A DNA stretch of 56,306 bases from Prasinococcaceae sp. CCMP 1430 (GCA_013416795.1 RQSC01001015.1:41075-97380), one strand, 5' to 3'. Counted from the first letter of the stretch, positions 37,111 to 46,622 are shown. Made by a program: numbers and translations. Notes: generated by a model not told the origin, from the sequence alone.

Positions 37111-39276
37111 TCAGAGGGCGCTGACCGATGGGTGGGTGTCGTCGTCGTCGTCGTCGTCGAGGCCGAACTGCGTGGGCCCGTTGTCGACCATGTTGCCGTT
37201 GCGGTCGAGCGGCATGTACTGCGACATGATGGAGCGGATCTCGCCGTCCATCTCGCGGCGCAGCTTGAAGCGATAGAACGCGAAGCCCCCAGCGGCCGCG
37301 AGAAACACGCTGGCGCCCACGATTCCCACCACGCAGGCGAAGTCGGTGCCGCTGCCGCCGCCAGGGATGCGCACGCAGCTGCCCTCTTCGCCCGGGCTGA
37401 TGCCCTCGGGGCGGTAGTAGCCCTTCTTGCACCCGCACTTGAACGGGTTCTCCATCGTAATGGGGCCCGCGCGGCACTGGCAGTGCTTGCACGCGCAGGT
37501 GTCGCGGTTGTCGCACCTGTCGTGGCAGGTGACGCCGTCACCCTCGTAGCCCGCCGGGCACTCGCAGCGGTGCGTGGGCGGCGACGAGCCCACGCGGTCC
37601 ACGTCGTGGCACGTCATGTTGGCGTGGACGCCGTGCTCGGGGTCGGCGAAGCAGCCCTGGAAGCTCTGCGCGGCCGTGCAGTGCGCAGGCTCGAGCGTGC
37701 AGAAGGCTGGATTGAGCGGCCCGCCGGGCACGTTCTCGCACGCGCAGCGCGAGCACGAGCACATCTGCATGCTGGCGCACTCGTCCGCCGGATGACACGA
37801 TTGGCCGTCGCCCACGAAGTGCTCGGGGCACTCGCACGTGTACGAGTCGACCGTGTCCTTGCAAGCGCTGAAGTTGGCGACGCCAGGCACCTCGAGGTGC
37901 CAGCAGCCTCCGTGGTTGTTGCGGCACTCGTTAACTGCGCCCGCGCCGGCGCTCTCGCCGCCCTGCGAGCCCGTCGAGCAGATCTCGGGCGCCGCGCGGT
38001 CGGGGAAGCCCGCGCAGAGCGCGCGCAGCACCGCCGACTTGGTCAGCGATCCACGGTACTGCACATTGTTGAGCACCACCGTCGGTAGGATGGTCACGTC
38101 GCCGCGGCCGGTGGCCGGATCGCCCTCTTGCGCGGCCTGCTCGGCGTCGAGGATGGCGATTGGCGCGTCGTGCGCGGGGTGGCCCACGCAGTCGCGCGTG
38201 GCCTGCATGTCCCAGTCGGGCGACAGGTTTGACAGCACGCGCTCGGCGCACTCCTCGTCGTACGAGGAGTCCTCCATAGTGCACAGCACGCCGAACTGCG
38301 TGACGTACGACCACCACAACCAGGGCTCGCCGGTGGCGTTGGCCTGGCGGAAGACGCACAGCTGGCGCAGGTTCTCAGTCACCACATCCTTGCCTTCATA
38401 TCCGCTCCTCAGGTCGTCGTCGGGATCGGGCGCGCAGTAGCGCCCACCGCCGATGCACTCCGACATGCACTCCTCCGAGTCGCGGTACTCCTCGGGGCAG
38501 AACCACGTGATGTAGTGCGGCGTGAACTGCGTGTAGCCACCCTTCTCGAGCACCTTGGCGATGCCCGCGAACTCGCGAACGAAGGCCTTCTGCGCGTCGC
38601 ACTTCGCTCCGCACGCGTCGTTCGAGTTGCTCCAGAGTTCCCACTCGACGCGTGAGTCCGGGTGCGGCACGCTGTCGGTCCAGTCGAGCGTGAGCAGCAC
38701 GTCCTTGCCGTCGCGCAGCGCGTCCTTCATGGCGTCGCCGGTGGACTTGAGCACCAGCACGCTCGGCACGGTAATGTTCGCCGCCATGTGCGCCAAGTCC
38801 TGCGTGGGATCGCGCGGGTCGTCGTCGGGCGTGTCCATTGTCACGAGCGTGTCGCGCTCGACGTCGTCCGCCACGATGACCGCCATGGCGCCCGCTTGCT
38901 GCGCGTAGTACACCTTCTCGACGAAATAGCAGTCGCCGCGGTCGACAATGGCGATGCGCGCGAGGCCGGTGTGCGGCTCGGGAAACGTGTCGGCGCCGTA
39001 GTGGAACTTCTCGCACGCCCAAGGGCTGTCGGTCTCATGCCTGCTGTTGACGCCCGGGTAGAATGCCTGCCCACTCATCGAGCCCCCGTAGAACACGCTG
39101 CCGAAGTTGCCAATCGACGCGGCGTACGAGCCGCGGATGCCAACGGGGAAGTTGACGCGCAACGCATTTGTCTCGACGATGAAGTCCGCGGCCGCGGGGC
39201 TGGTGCAGAAGGCGGCGGCGAGAAGCGCCAGGGGCGCGGCCGCCAGGCAGGCCCGCGGCCACCCCCCGCGCGCCAT
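37111..39276 (-). CDS. VSR: Vacuolar sorting receptor (BP-80/VSR)
   Basis: Signal peptide; PA domain (IVDRGDCYFVEKVYYAQQAGA); DWTDSVPHPDSRVEWELW; TILPTVVLNNVQYRG; EGF-like repeats; TM; tail IRSIMSQYMPLD. Confidence 0.95.
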   Translation of the reverse strand: MARGGWPRACLAAAPLALLAAAFCTSPAAADFIVETNALRVNFPVGIRGSYAASIGNFGSVFYGGSMSGQAFYPGVNSRHETDSPWACEKFHYGADTFPEPHTGLARIAIVDRGDCYFVEKVYYAQQAGAMAVIVADDVERDTLVTMDTPDDDPRDPTQDLAHMAANITVPSVLVLKSTGDAMKDALRDGKDVLLTLDWTDSVPHPDSRVEWELWSNSNDACGAKCDAQKAFVREFAGIAKVLEKGGYTQFTPHYITWFCPEEYRDSEECMSECIGGGRYCAPDPDDDLRSGYEGKDVVTENLRQLCVFRQANATGEPWLWWSYVTQFGVLCTMEDSSYDEECAERVLSNLSPDWDMQATRDCVGHPAHDAPIAILDAEQAAQEGDPATGRGDVTILPTVVLNNVQYRGSLTKSAVLRALCAGFPDRAAPEICSTGSQGGESAGAGAVNECRNNHGGCWHLEVPGVANFSACKDTVDSYTCECPEHFVGDGQSCHPADECASMQMCSCSRCACENVPGGPLNPAFCTLEPAHCTAAQSFQGCFADPEHGVHANMTCHDVDRVGSSPPTHRCECPAGYEGDGVTCHDRCDNRDTCACKHCQCRAGPITMENPFKCGCKKGYYRPEGISPGEEGSCVRIPGGGSGTDFACVVGIVGASVFLAAAGGFAFYRFKLRREMDGEIRSIMSQYMPLDRNGNMVDNGPTQFGLDDDDDDDTHPSVSAL

Positions 39277-39647
39277 GGCGGCCGCGAGCTGCGAGACCAG
39301 CAGGAAGACGGCCGTCGAGCCCGCAGAGAGGGGGCCGGGGCGCCGCGCGCCGCGCGCGCGCGTGTGGCGCACAGCGCGCAGCAGGGGCGTGAGCACACGC
39401 CGCGCGCTTCTGAGCGCGTGAATCGTTTAAAAAAAAAAAAAAACAGGTGCGAGTTCCCCCTGGCTGGGGCCGGTGACGAGCGAGGACCTCGGGGGAATCT
39501 GGATCAGGTCATGATTTAATCAGGGGTCGGCAACATTCTAGACCTGGGTACCGAGTCGACAATCCGTTTTAGGACGAAGTGGGAGTCGTTGGTCGGTCTG
39601 GCGCCCGCCGTCGGCCGGGTGCCAGTCCTGTCGCCGCCTCGCGCGCC

Positions 39648-42600
39648 TCAAGGAGGCGAGATGGCTTGCTTGACGATGTCGAGCGCGCTGCGCGGCGGCC
39701 CTGCTCCCGGTGCTCGGGGGATCCAGCCCTTGGCCATCTCCTCGTTGTAGCGGTCCTCCATCTGCCGCGCCTCCCTCTCGGCGCCCGCGAGGAGCGCGGC
39801 CGACGCCGCCTCGCCCGCCTCGTCGACGCTCACCTCGACGCCCGGCGCGACGACATGCTGGCATTGCTGCGCTTGGAAGGCCTGCCAGGCCTCCTCTCCA
39901 ATGGCCCGGACGAAGTCCCGCCACGCGGCGGTTCGCAGGTGCTCCGACCGGTCGAGGTACTCCCACTCGTGGTCGGGCCAGCCCGCGTACTCGATGCACG
40001 CCTCAATGGCCGCGTCGCCCGACTCGTCCGTCCTCCAGCGCAGCGCCTTGAAGCGCTCGACATGGTACGGGTGGTACTCCTCCGCCTCGCTGCACGTCTG
40101 GAAAGGGTTCCTCTTGCTGGCGCGCCCAGAGTCTTCGCCGCGGTGCTGGGTGTTGTACGCAACCAGCATCTCTTCGTACGTCATGTGCCTCAGCTGGGGC
40201 CGCTCCTCGAGGTCCTTGGCGTCTGCCGGGTCGCGCCGCGGCACGTCCTGCTCGAGCTCCTCGGCGGGGTTGAAGGCCTCGCAGAACTCGGCGAAGTTTT
40301 GCAGCTCCTTTGAGACGCTCACGAGGCTGACGCGTGGGCGCACGTCGCCGCCAGTGCCCTCCGCCCACTTGGCCTTCTTTGCAGCGATCTTGGCGCGTTC
40401 GGCGAAGTCAGCGCCTGCCGTAGCGGCGGCGCCCGCGTCCGCGTAGGTGGCCACCGTGCCCGCGTGTGCTGTCATAACGGTGCGCGCGAGCGCCTTCGCC
40501 AGCTGCGGTGACACCGCGTTCCCCAGCTGCTTGTACTGCTCGTCGAGGGTGCCGATGAATTCAAAGTCGTCGGGAAAGCCTTGGATGCGCGCCTTTTCCC
40601 GCACACTCGCCACGCGGTGGTCCCAAGGCACCAGATTGATGTCCTTGTGAGGCCTGTGCTGCGAGTGTACGGTGCCGTGCTCCTGGTCGAGATCGTAACG
40701 GCCGTAGCATTCCGTGTCCCTGCCCATCTTCATTACCGCGCAAAAATAGGGGACCATTGGAAAGCGGTGCGACTGCAGCGTCCAGCCGTGCTTGAGCCTG
40801 GGCATGCGCCCGTCGAGCTCGTCGAACCTCTTGCGCTTCTCATCCCACATGTAGTTGGGAATCGAGTTGATCCACCGCGCCCCCATCTGCGCCCACTGCG
40901 CGTCGTTCAGGATCATCATCTTGGGACAATTCATTGTGCCGTCGTGGCCCATCATGTCGCGCCAGCACGCACCTCCCCGCAGCGGCACCGCCTGCACGCG
41001 CAGTCGGTTTGCCAGGCCCATGGGAGCCACCAAGTGTCCGGTGACCTTCCGTCCGGCCTCCATGTTCTGGCGCAGGTACGCCACGAACGGCGTGGGCGGC
41101 TTGCATTCGTAGCTCACGCCACTCTCGGAGGGGTCTAGGGCGTCCTTCACCTCCTCATCCGCGAGACGTGGAAGGTCGGGCGTGAAGGCATCGCCGATCA
41201 CCAGCGCCCGCGCGCGCAGCTTGGGGTGCGGCTGCGCCCGCCGAACGCTGTCCAGGTGCGCCGCTCTCCCGTTTGCTCTGAGCTTGCGCCTCACCACGGC
41301 CTCGCCCGCCAGATACTCCGTCTCGATGGCCTCCTTGGCCCTCTTCCACTCGAGCACACGCCTCTTGAGCAGCGATCCCGCGTCACGGCTGCGCAGGGCG
41401 CGGCCACAACCGCCAATGGGACCCGTCGGTCGGTCACCTCCGTTTGCCTGGGTCGGCTCCGGCCCGAGCGCCTCCAGCATCGCTGCCTTGCGCTCCGTTA
41501 GAGCCTCGAGCTCCTTGTCAGCCGTCTCCTGAGTGCATCGTTCGCCGGTGCCAGTAGCCACCTCCTCCTGAGGCAGCTCCTCCCGAACGATGCTGTCCAG
41601 GAAGTGCGCCCTGTTGCTCGCGCGCAAGGCATCCGAGATGGCGTCCTGATCCCACTTCAGGGAGCTCACCACGGGCTTGGGAGGCTCGGGTAAGTCTACT
41701 TGCCTGAGCGCGCCCAGCATGATGAGGCGGTTGCGCGACTGTGGCACGCCGTAGAGACCGGTCTTCGTCTGCTTCCTCCAGTCGTAGTTGTAGCCGTGGA
41801 TGGTGAGGGCATCGCCCAGGAAGTCCATCACATCCCCCTTGTCAGCCACATCTGGCACCTCCTCCATGACGAGGTACAACGGGCGATACAGCCACACCGC
41901 CTCCATGAAGCGCACGATGTTCCTGTTGTCGGGATCTGCGAGGACCTCCCCGACATCGTGGCTCAGGGTACGACGAAGGTTTGCACCAGTAAAGCCCTGA
42001 CAGGGCGGGCCGCCAGTGATGACATGGACGTCGCCAGGCATGGGCCACAAACCCGGGCTAAAGCCATCGCTGGCAACGAAGGCGCCTGCCTGTCGCTGCA
42101 GATCCAGGTCGCGCATCGCCTCGTCGCTCATCCACTTTTCCGCATCAGAGCCCTTTGTCTGCACGCACCACTCCACCCACCTGAGGGGAACGCCGCCCCT
42201 CGCCTCCTGAACGTTCACGTAGTCCATGAGCTGCCTTGACTGCGATCCCGTGCCCGAAGAGTTGCGCCAGCCCTTGGCGTTGGTCACGAGCACCTTCTCC
42301 GACGCGATCTCCTGGTTGATCCGCATGCCCACCACTGTGCGCTCGCTGCCTTCGCCCTCGCACTCGTCCTCATCGCTAGTGTCGACGGCAGCACGATAGT
42401 CCTTCAGCAGGTGCACGAAGCGCCGCGTCGTCGCCACGAAGCGCCCGACGCCCATCACGACGACATTGACGCTCGGATGATTGTGCTTGAAGGTCTTAGC
42501 GGGTACCTCTTCGATCTCAATCGCCGCCACGGTATCGATGCTCAGGTCGACAACGCGAGTGCCATTGACAGCATATTTGATGGAGCCGTCCATGTTCAAG

Positions 42601-43943
42601 CCGCCGCACCCTGCATACAGCTCGAGAACGCCCAGCCTTGTCACCTCGGCGACGTCCCACTGCGGCGGGTCGAGACACTCGCTCCACAGTGTAACGTCAG
42701 CGTTGGAGAAATTCGACTCCTCTTCGACTGCAGCGTCAACCACGCGCACGGGCCTCGACTGAATCTTGCGGCGTTTCTTCTTCTGCCCGAAGTCTTCATC
42801 TTCGTCATCATCGTCGAAGTCTGTGTCGTAGCACAGGTGTATGACGCTTCTGCGCTCACGCGCGGTGCGCCGCTTGCCCTCGGCATCAATGTACGTGCCG
42901 CCCTCATCGGCTCCGATCCCGCGCAGCCTCGCGTTTGACGCTTGCCGGGCGGCGAGCGCTGCAGCTTCAAGTGACTCCAGCTCGTCGAGAAACTCGTCGA
43001 GCAAGTCTTCGCAGCCGGTAAGGTTCGCGAGGGGCTCCCAGGTATTGTCCTCGTCGCCGTAGCCCTTCCACTTCACCAAAAATTTGGGTACGCCGTCCTC
43101 GCGCACCATCTTCCGGATGGCCTCCACCTCGTATTCGGGCTCGTCCCCGTCAGATCCGTAGGCTGCAGCTTCATTGGACCCAAGCTGGTCGAGAAACTCG
43201 TCGAGCAAGTCTTTGCAGCTCGTAAGGTTCTCCTCGGGCTCCCAGGTCTCCTCGTCGTAGCCCTTCCACTTCACCAAGAATTGTGCTGCGCCGTCCTCAC
43301 GCACCATCTTCCGGATGGCCTCCACCTCGTACTCGGGCTCGTCCCCGTCGGATCTGGAGGAAGTTAAGGACATAACGTCAATGACGTCATCCATGTCCTC
43401 GGAGGGTGCAGCGACTGGCCCCGGACAGCCAGCCTGCTCCGCCGCCAGCGCCATGAGGCTGCCGCGCTGCCAGCGCGGCCGGCCGCTGCCCCGCACGGCA
43501 GGCGCCGCGCGCGCGCGCCTGGACGCATCCTCGGGCGAGCTATTCTCGGCGCCCACTCCGACGCCGATGCCGCCTATGCGCTCGGGTGTCGGCGCCGCAG
43601 CTCCCGCGTAGCCGTCGGCGTAGCCCCCCCCGCCGCCCCCCCCCGCGCCCGCCAGCCGCTCGAAGCGCGCCGCGAGCTCGCGCTTGTGCGCCGGGCGCGC
43701 GTTCGAACGCGCCACGGCGTCGGCGAGCGGCCTGCCGAGGTGCACGTAGAGCTCCTCCAGGCACTCGGCGGCCGCCTCGCGCGGCGCGGGCTGGCCGTCG
43801 CCGAGCAGCTTCAGGAGCTCGGGCACGACGGCCTTCGCGGGCACGACGCCGTCGGCGGCGTTGCCCGCGCCGAAGGTTTCGGCGAGCGTGCGCACGAGCG
43901 TGGCGCACGCGGCGCGCACGCGCGGGTTCTTGTGCGTGAACAT
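39648..43943 (-). CDS. Chromomethylase-type C5 DNA methyltransferase with multiple chromodomains and an in-frame CLASP-like TOG fragment; possible starts 43943, 43454 or 43394
   Basis: Motif I LELYAGCGG; IV PMPGDVHVITGGPPCQG; VI MEEVP; VIII YGVPQSRNRL; IX-X SVREKARIQGFPD..YKQLGNAVS; chromodomains EYEVEAI..FLVKWKGY..TWEP twice. Single intronless ORF, open to 44432. Confidence 0.88.
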   Translation of the reverse strand: MFTHKNPRVRAACATLVRTLAETFGAGNAADGVVPAKAVVPELLKLLGDGQPAPREAAAECLEELYVHLGRPLADAVARSNARPAHKRELAARFERLAGAGGGGGGGYADGYAGAAAPTPERIGGIGVGVGAENSSPEDASRRARAAPAVRGSGRPRWQRGSLMALAAEQAGCPGPVAAPSEDMDDVIDVMSLTSSRSDGDEPEYEVEAIRKMVREDGAAQFLVKWKGYDEETWEPEENLTSCKDLLDEFLDQLGSNEAAAYGSDGDEPEYEVEAIRKMVREDGVPKFLVKWKGYGDEDNTWEPLANLTGCEDLLDEFLDELESLEAAALAARQASNARLRGIGADEGGTYIDAEGKRRTARERRSVIHLCYDTDFDDDDEDEDFGQKKKRRKIQSRPVRVVDAAVEEESNFSNADVTLWSECLDPPQWDVAEVTRLGVLELYAGCGGLNMDGSIKYAVNGTRVVDLSIDTVAAIEIEEVPAKTFKHNHPSVNVVVMGVGRFVATTRRFVHLLKDYRAAVDTSDEDECEGEGSERTVVGMRINQEIASEKVLVTNAKGWRNSSGTGSQSRQLMDYVNVQEARGGVPLRWVEWCVQTKGSDAEKWMSDEAMRDLDLQRQAGAFVASDGFSPGLWPMPGDVHVITGGPPCQGFTGANLRRTLSHDVGEVLADPDNRNIVRFMEAVWLYRPLYLVMEEVPDVADKGDVMDFLGDALTIHGYNYDWRKQTKTGLYGVPQSRNRLIMLGALRQVDLPEPPKPVVSSLKWDQDAISDALRASNRAHFLDSIVREELPQEEVATGTGERCTQETADKELEALTERKAAMLEALGPEPTQANGGDRPTGPIGGCGRALRSRDAGSLLKRRVLEWKRAKEAIETEYLAGEAVVRRKLRANGRAAHLDSVRRAQPHPKLRARALVIGDAFTPDLPRLADEEVKDALDPSESGVSYECKPPTPFVAYLRQNMEAGRKVTGHLVAPMGLANRLRVQAVPLRGGACWRDMMGHDGTMNCPKMMILNDAQWAQMGARWINSIPNYMWDEKRKRFDELDGRMPRLKHGWTLQSHRFPMVPYFCAVMKMGRDTECYGRYDLDQEHGTVHSQHRPHKDINLVPWDHRVASVREKARIQGFPDDFEFIGTLDEQYKQLGNAVSPQLAKALARTVMTAHAGTVATYADAGAAATAGADFAERAKIAAKKAKWAEGTGGDVRPRVSLVSVSKELQNFAEFCEAFNPAEELEQDVPRRDPADAKDLEERPQLRHMTYEEMLVAYNTQHRGEDSGRASKRNPFQTCSEAEEYHPYHVERFKALRWRTDESGDAAIEACIEYAGWPDHEWEYLDRSEHLRTAAWRDFVRAIGEEAWQAFQAQQCQHVVAPGVEVSVDEAGEAASAALLAGAEREARQMEDRYNEEMAKGWIPRAPGAGPPRSALDIVKQAISPP
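42970..43350 (-). repeat. Tandem duplication with 198-nt offset encoding two chromodomains
   Basis: GACGGGGACGAGCCCGA[G/A]TACGAGGTGGAGGCCATCCGGAAGATGGTGCG recurs 198 nt (66 codons) apart. Confidence 0.9.
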
Positions 43944-44435
43944 GTGGCGGCACGCGCGCTCGCACACCGCGGCCGCGCCGAGCTGCTCGGCGCACTCGCC
44001 GAGCACGGCGGCGGCGGCACCATCAGCAAGATCAGTGTTGTCGAGGACCTCAGGACCGCCAAGCGCAACGGCACGTAATCCCCCCCCCCCACACACACAC
44101 ACACACCGCCCTCGGCGGGTGCCGCGGGCGCTCGCGCTGTGGCGCGCCTCGCCCAGGCTGGCGCGCGTTCCCGCCAAATCTGGCAAATCTGCGCGCGCGC
44201 CGCGGCGTTCTCGCCGAACGAGGCAAATCTGCTTTCCAAACCCAAATCCGACACGCCAACGTGCGCGCCAGGCTGCAAATTCTGAACATGTATAGTGGGA
44301 TTCGATCAAATGGGGGGGGTACGTGTACTGGGGGGCGAGCGCTCCCAGGTGTCGCTGCATGCCGCGATGAGGAGGGGCCGCCCGGCCGCCGCGGTGCAGC
44401 CGACCCCGCGGCGGTCGCCATCTGCCTCCCACCCC

Positions 44436-46201
44436 TCACCGCTTGGCGACTTTGCTCGGGCCGCCGCCGTCCCCGCCCTTCCAGTGCCGCTTGCGCATGT
44501 TGATGAGCCAGTTGTCGACCTGGGTCTTGGTGAGGCCGCTCTTCTTGCACAGCGAGGCCTTCTGGCTGTCAGAAGGGTAGGGATTCTTCTGGTTGGCGTC
44601 CCAATAGGTCTTGAGCACGGCGGCGCTCTCCTCGGGCAGCTTGCCCTTGCGGCGCTTGACGGCGAACTGGGAGCGAGCGGGCGCATGCGCCGCTGGTCAG
44701 CTTGCGCGTGCACGCCCGAGCGCCCTGCGCGTCGCTTCGGATGGACGCATTCGCGAGGCATAAACGCGCAGCGCGTCGGTGCGAGGGGCAGGGCGCGCAA
44801 CTCACCCTGGCCTTCCATTCCAGCAGCTCCTTGCGGTAGTTGCGCTTGAGCTCTTCGCGGAACTGTGGCGTGTCCTTCAGAATTGCCAGATCAGGCGTCG
44901 CAGCGGCAGCGACGGTAGCCGTCCTCTTGGCGGCACCACCGGCAGCGACAGCGGCGGCCGCTACGACCTGCTCGTCCCGCGCCGACTGCAGCATGCCAGC
45001 GTCGCCCTCCGCGAGTGCGGCCAGCCTTGCGTCAAAACCCTTGAGCGCAGCTTCCTGCTGCTGGTAGAACTCTTGCACGTTGTGATGGTAGCGGCTAACG
45101 GCCGCCACCAGCCCGTTCATGAACTCGTCCAAGTCAGGGTCGCTACCGGCTCTTTGCAGAAGAGTTAGTGAGAAGGAATGGGGCAGGATGGGTGAGCGTT
45201 TGTGTGCGTGTGGGTACATTCACGCGCATGTGTCAGTGAATGCGTTTTGAAGAGCGGCAGGCGCGCGCTATCGCGTACCTCGTGGTTCCCACACCGCCGG
45301 CTGCGATAGCACGGTTGAGGAGTGCGTGGCGCAGTGCCTCGATGGTGCCATTGACGCCGACGCCCTCCACGCCAGCGCCTCCAGCTGCACCGCCAACGGA
45401 CGGAACTGACGGCGCCGACAGCGCGGCTATTGCCATGTTGAGCTCAACGAGCTTTGGCCACAGCTCGTGCGTGAGGATGGCGATGTCGAGCCCTTCATTG
45501 GCCTGGCCCGCAGGAAGAGCACCGGCAGCAGGCGCCTCTGAATGTCGCGTGGGAGCAACAACATGAATGAGAGCGAGTGCACGTGTCAGCGCGCGGGCAC
45601 GGCTTGGTACACGCATCGCGTCGCACGAACTCTGAGTCTGGTCGATGCAATCACTGCAGCACGTAGGCGCATACATACGCACGTACCTTCCATGGCCACA
45701 TGCGCTGCCATCAGGGGCGCGCTGTGGGGCGGTGCGCCGGCCAGAGGGGTGCCAAATGCTGCAGCTTGGTGAGCGACCGCATGCAGGTGCGCGTGTACCT
45801 GCGCACCATGTTGCGCGTGCGCTCCCGCACTAGGCTCACCGCCAACGGCTGCGTCGAGGCCATCCATCATCAGCAGGTCTTCTGTGAGAAATGCAATGCT
45901 GGGATCCATGCCTGGCGCGATGAGGCCTAAGCGCGTGCGCGTAAAAGCACGAGCGTGTCAACGCGAGCGAGAGTGCATGCTGACGCCCCGCTCCTCGTGA
46001 GCATGGTGATAGTCGGTGCGCATGAGCCAGTTCAAGCGCGCTCGCGTGCACGCGCGCGCGAATGTACACGCAGCGCATGCATGCACGCACGTGCGCGCTC
46101 CCACCTGCGCCGAACCCCACGGACGCGAGTGCAGCATCTTCCCCCGTCGTCGCCGCGTTGCTGTGTGGCGGCAGGTTGTCGCCCATGTGGGGCGGCGCCA
46201 T
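44436..46201 (-). CDS. KNOX-class TALE homeobox transcription factor, about six exons
   Basis: KNOX1-like AILTHELWPKLV; KNOX2-like DPDLDEFM; ELK-like EELKRNYRKELLEWK; homeodomain KRRKGKLP..LKTYW..NPYPSDSQK..WLINMRKRHWK. In-phase GT-AG introns link these blocks. Confidence 0.88.
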
Positions 46202-46344
46202 GGTGCACGCTCGCTTGCACGCTCGCGATGACCGGATTGCTCGCACAGCCGCGCGGCGACGTGCACGCCCCCACCAACTCCTCCCACCCAAGCGATTGGG
46301 ACTGCTCGTTCCCCACCCGCTCCGCACCGGCGCGCCCCTCGCAC

Positions 46345-46622
46345 TCGTCGCTCGCGACTTCCGCACGCCCACGACCTGGTCGACGGCTGTCATCGACCTC
46401 ATTGACCGCCTCCTCACCACGGACGAGCGCGAGCGCATCACGCTGCACCAGGCCAAGGCGCATGCGTTCTTCAAAGGCATGGACTGGGACGCGCTGGACG
46501 GCTTCCGCTCCTCGGTGCCGGCGGAAGCTGCGGACCGCGTTGAGAGGGTGATCGAGGCCAAGCAAGCGAACGACGCCCAGAACGAGGACCTCGTGGGCGC
46601 TGATGACTACAGCGGCGACGAG
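46345..46622 (+). CDS. AGC-type protein kinase, C-lobe tail fragment
   Basis: DLIDRLLTTDERERITLHQAKAHAFFKGMDWDAL resembles kinase subdomain XI and the start of the AGC tail. No upstream kinase motifs; ends at N 46623. Confidence 0.6.

Noticed and set aside
39648-44432. Methyltransferase as part of an intact transposon or endogenous virus; ORF start at 44432
   Set aside because: No RT, integrase, recombinase, capsid or terminal repeats are visible. The first ~120 codons run through the KNOX 3' end, a promoter-like island and a microsatellite, and are unlikely to be coding.
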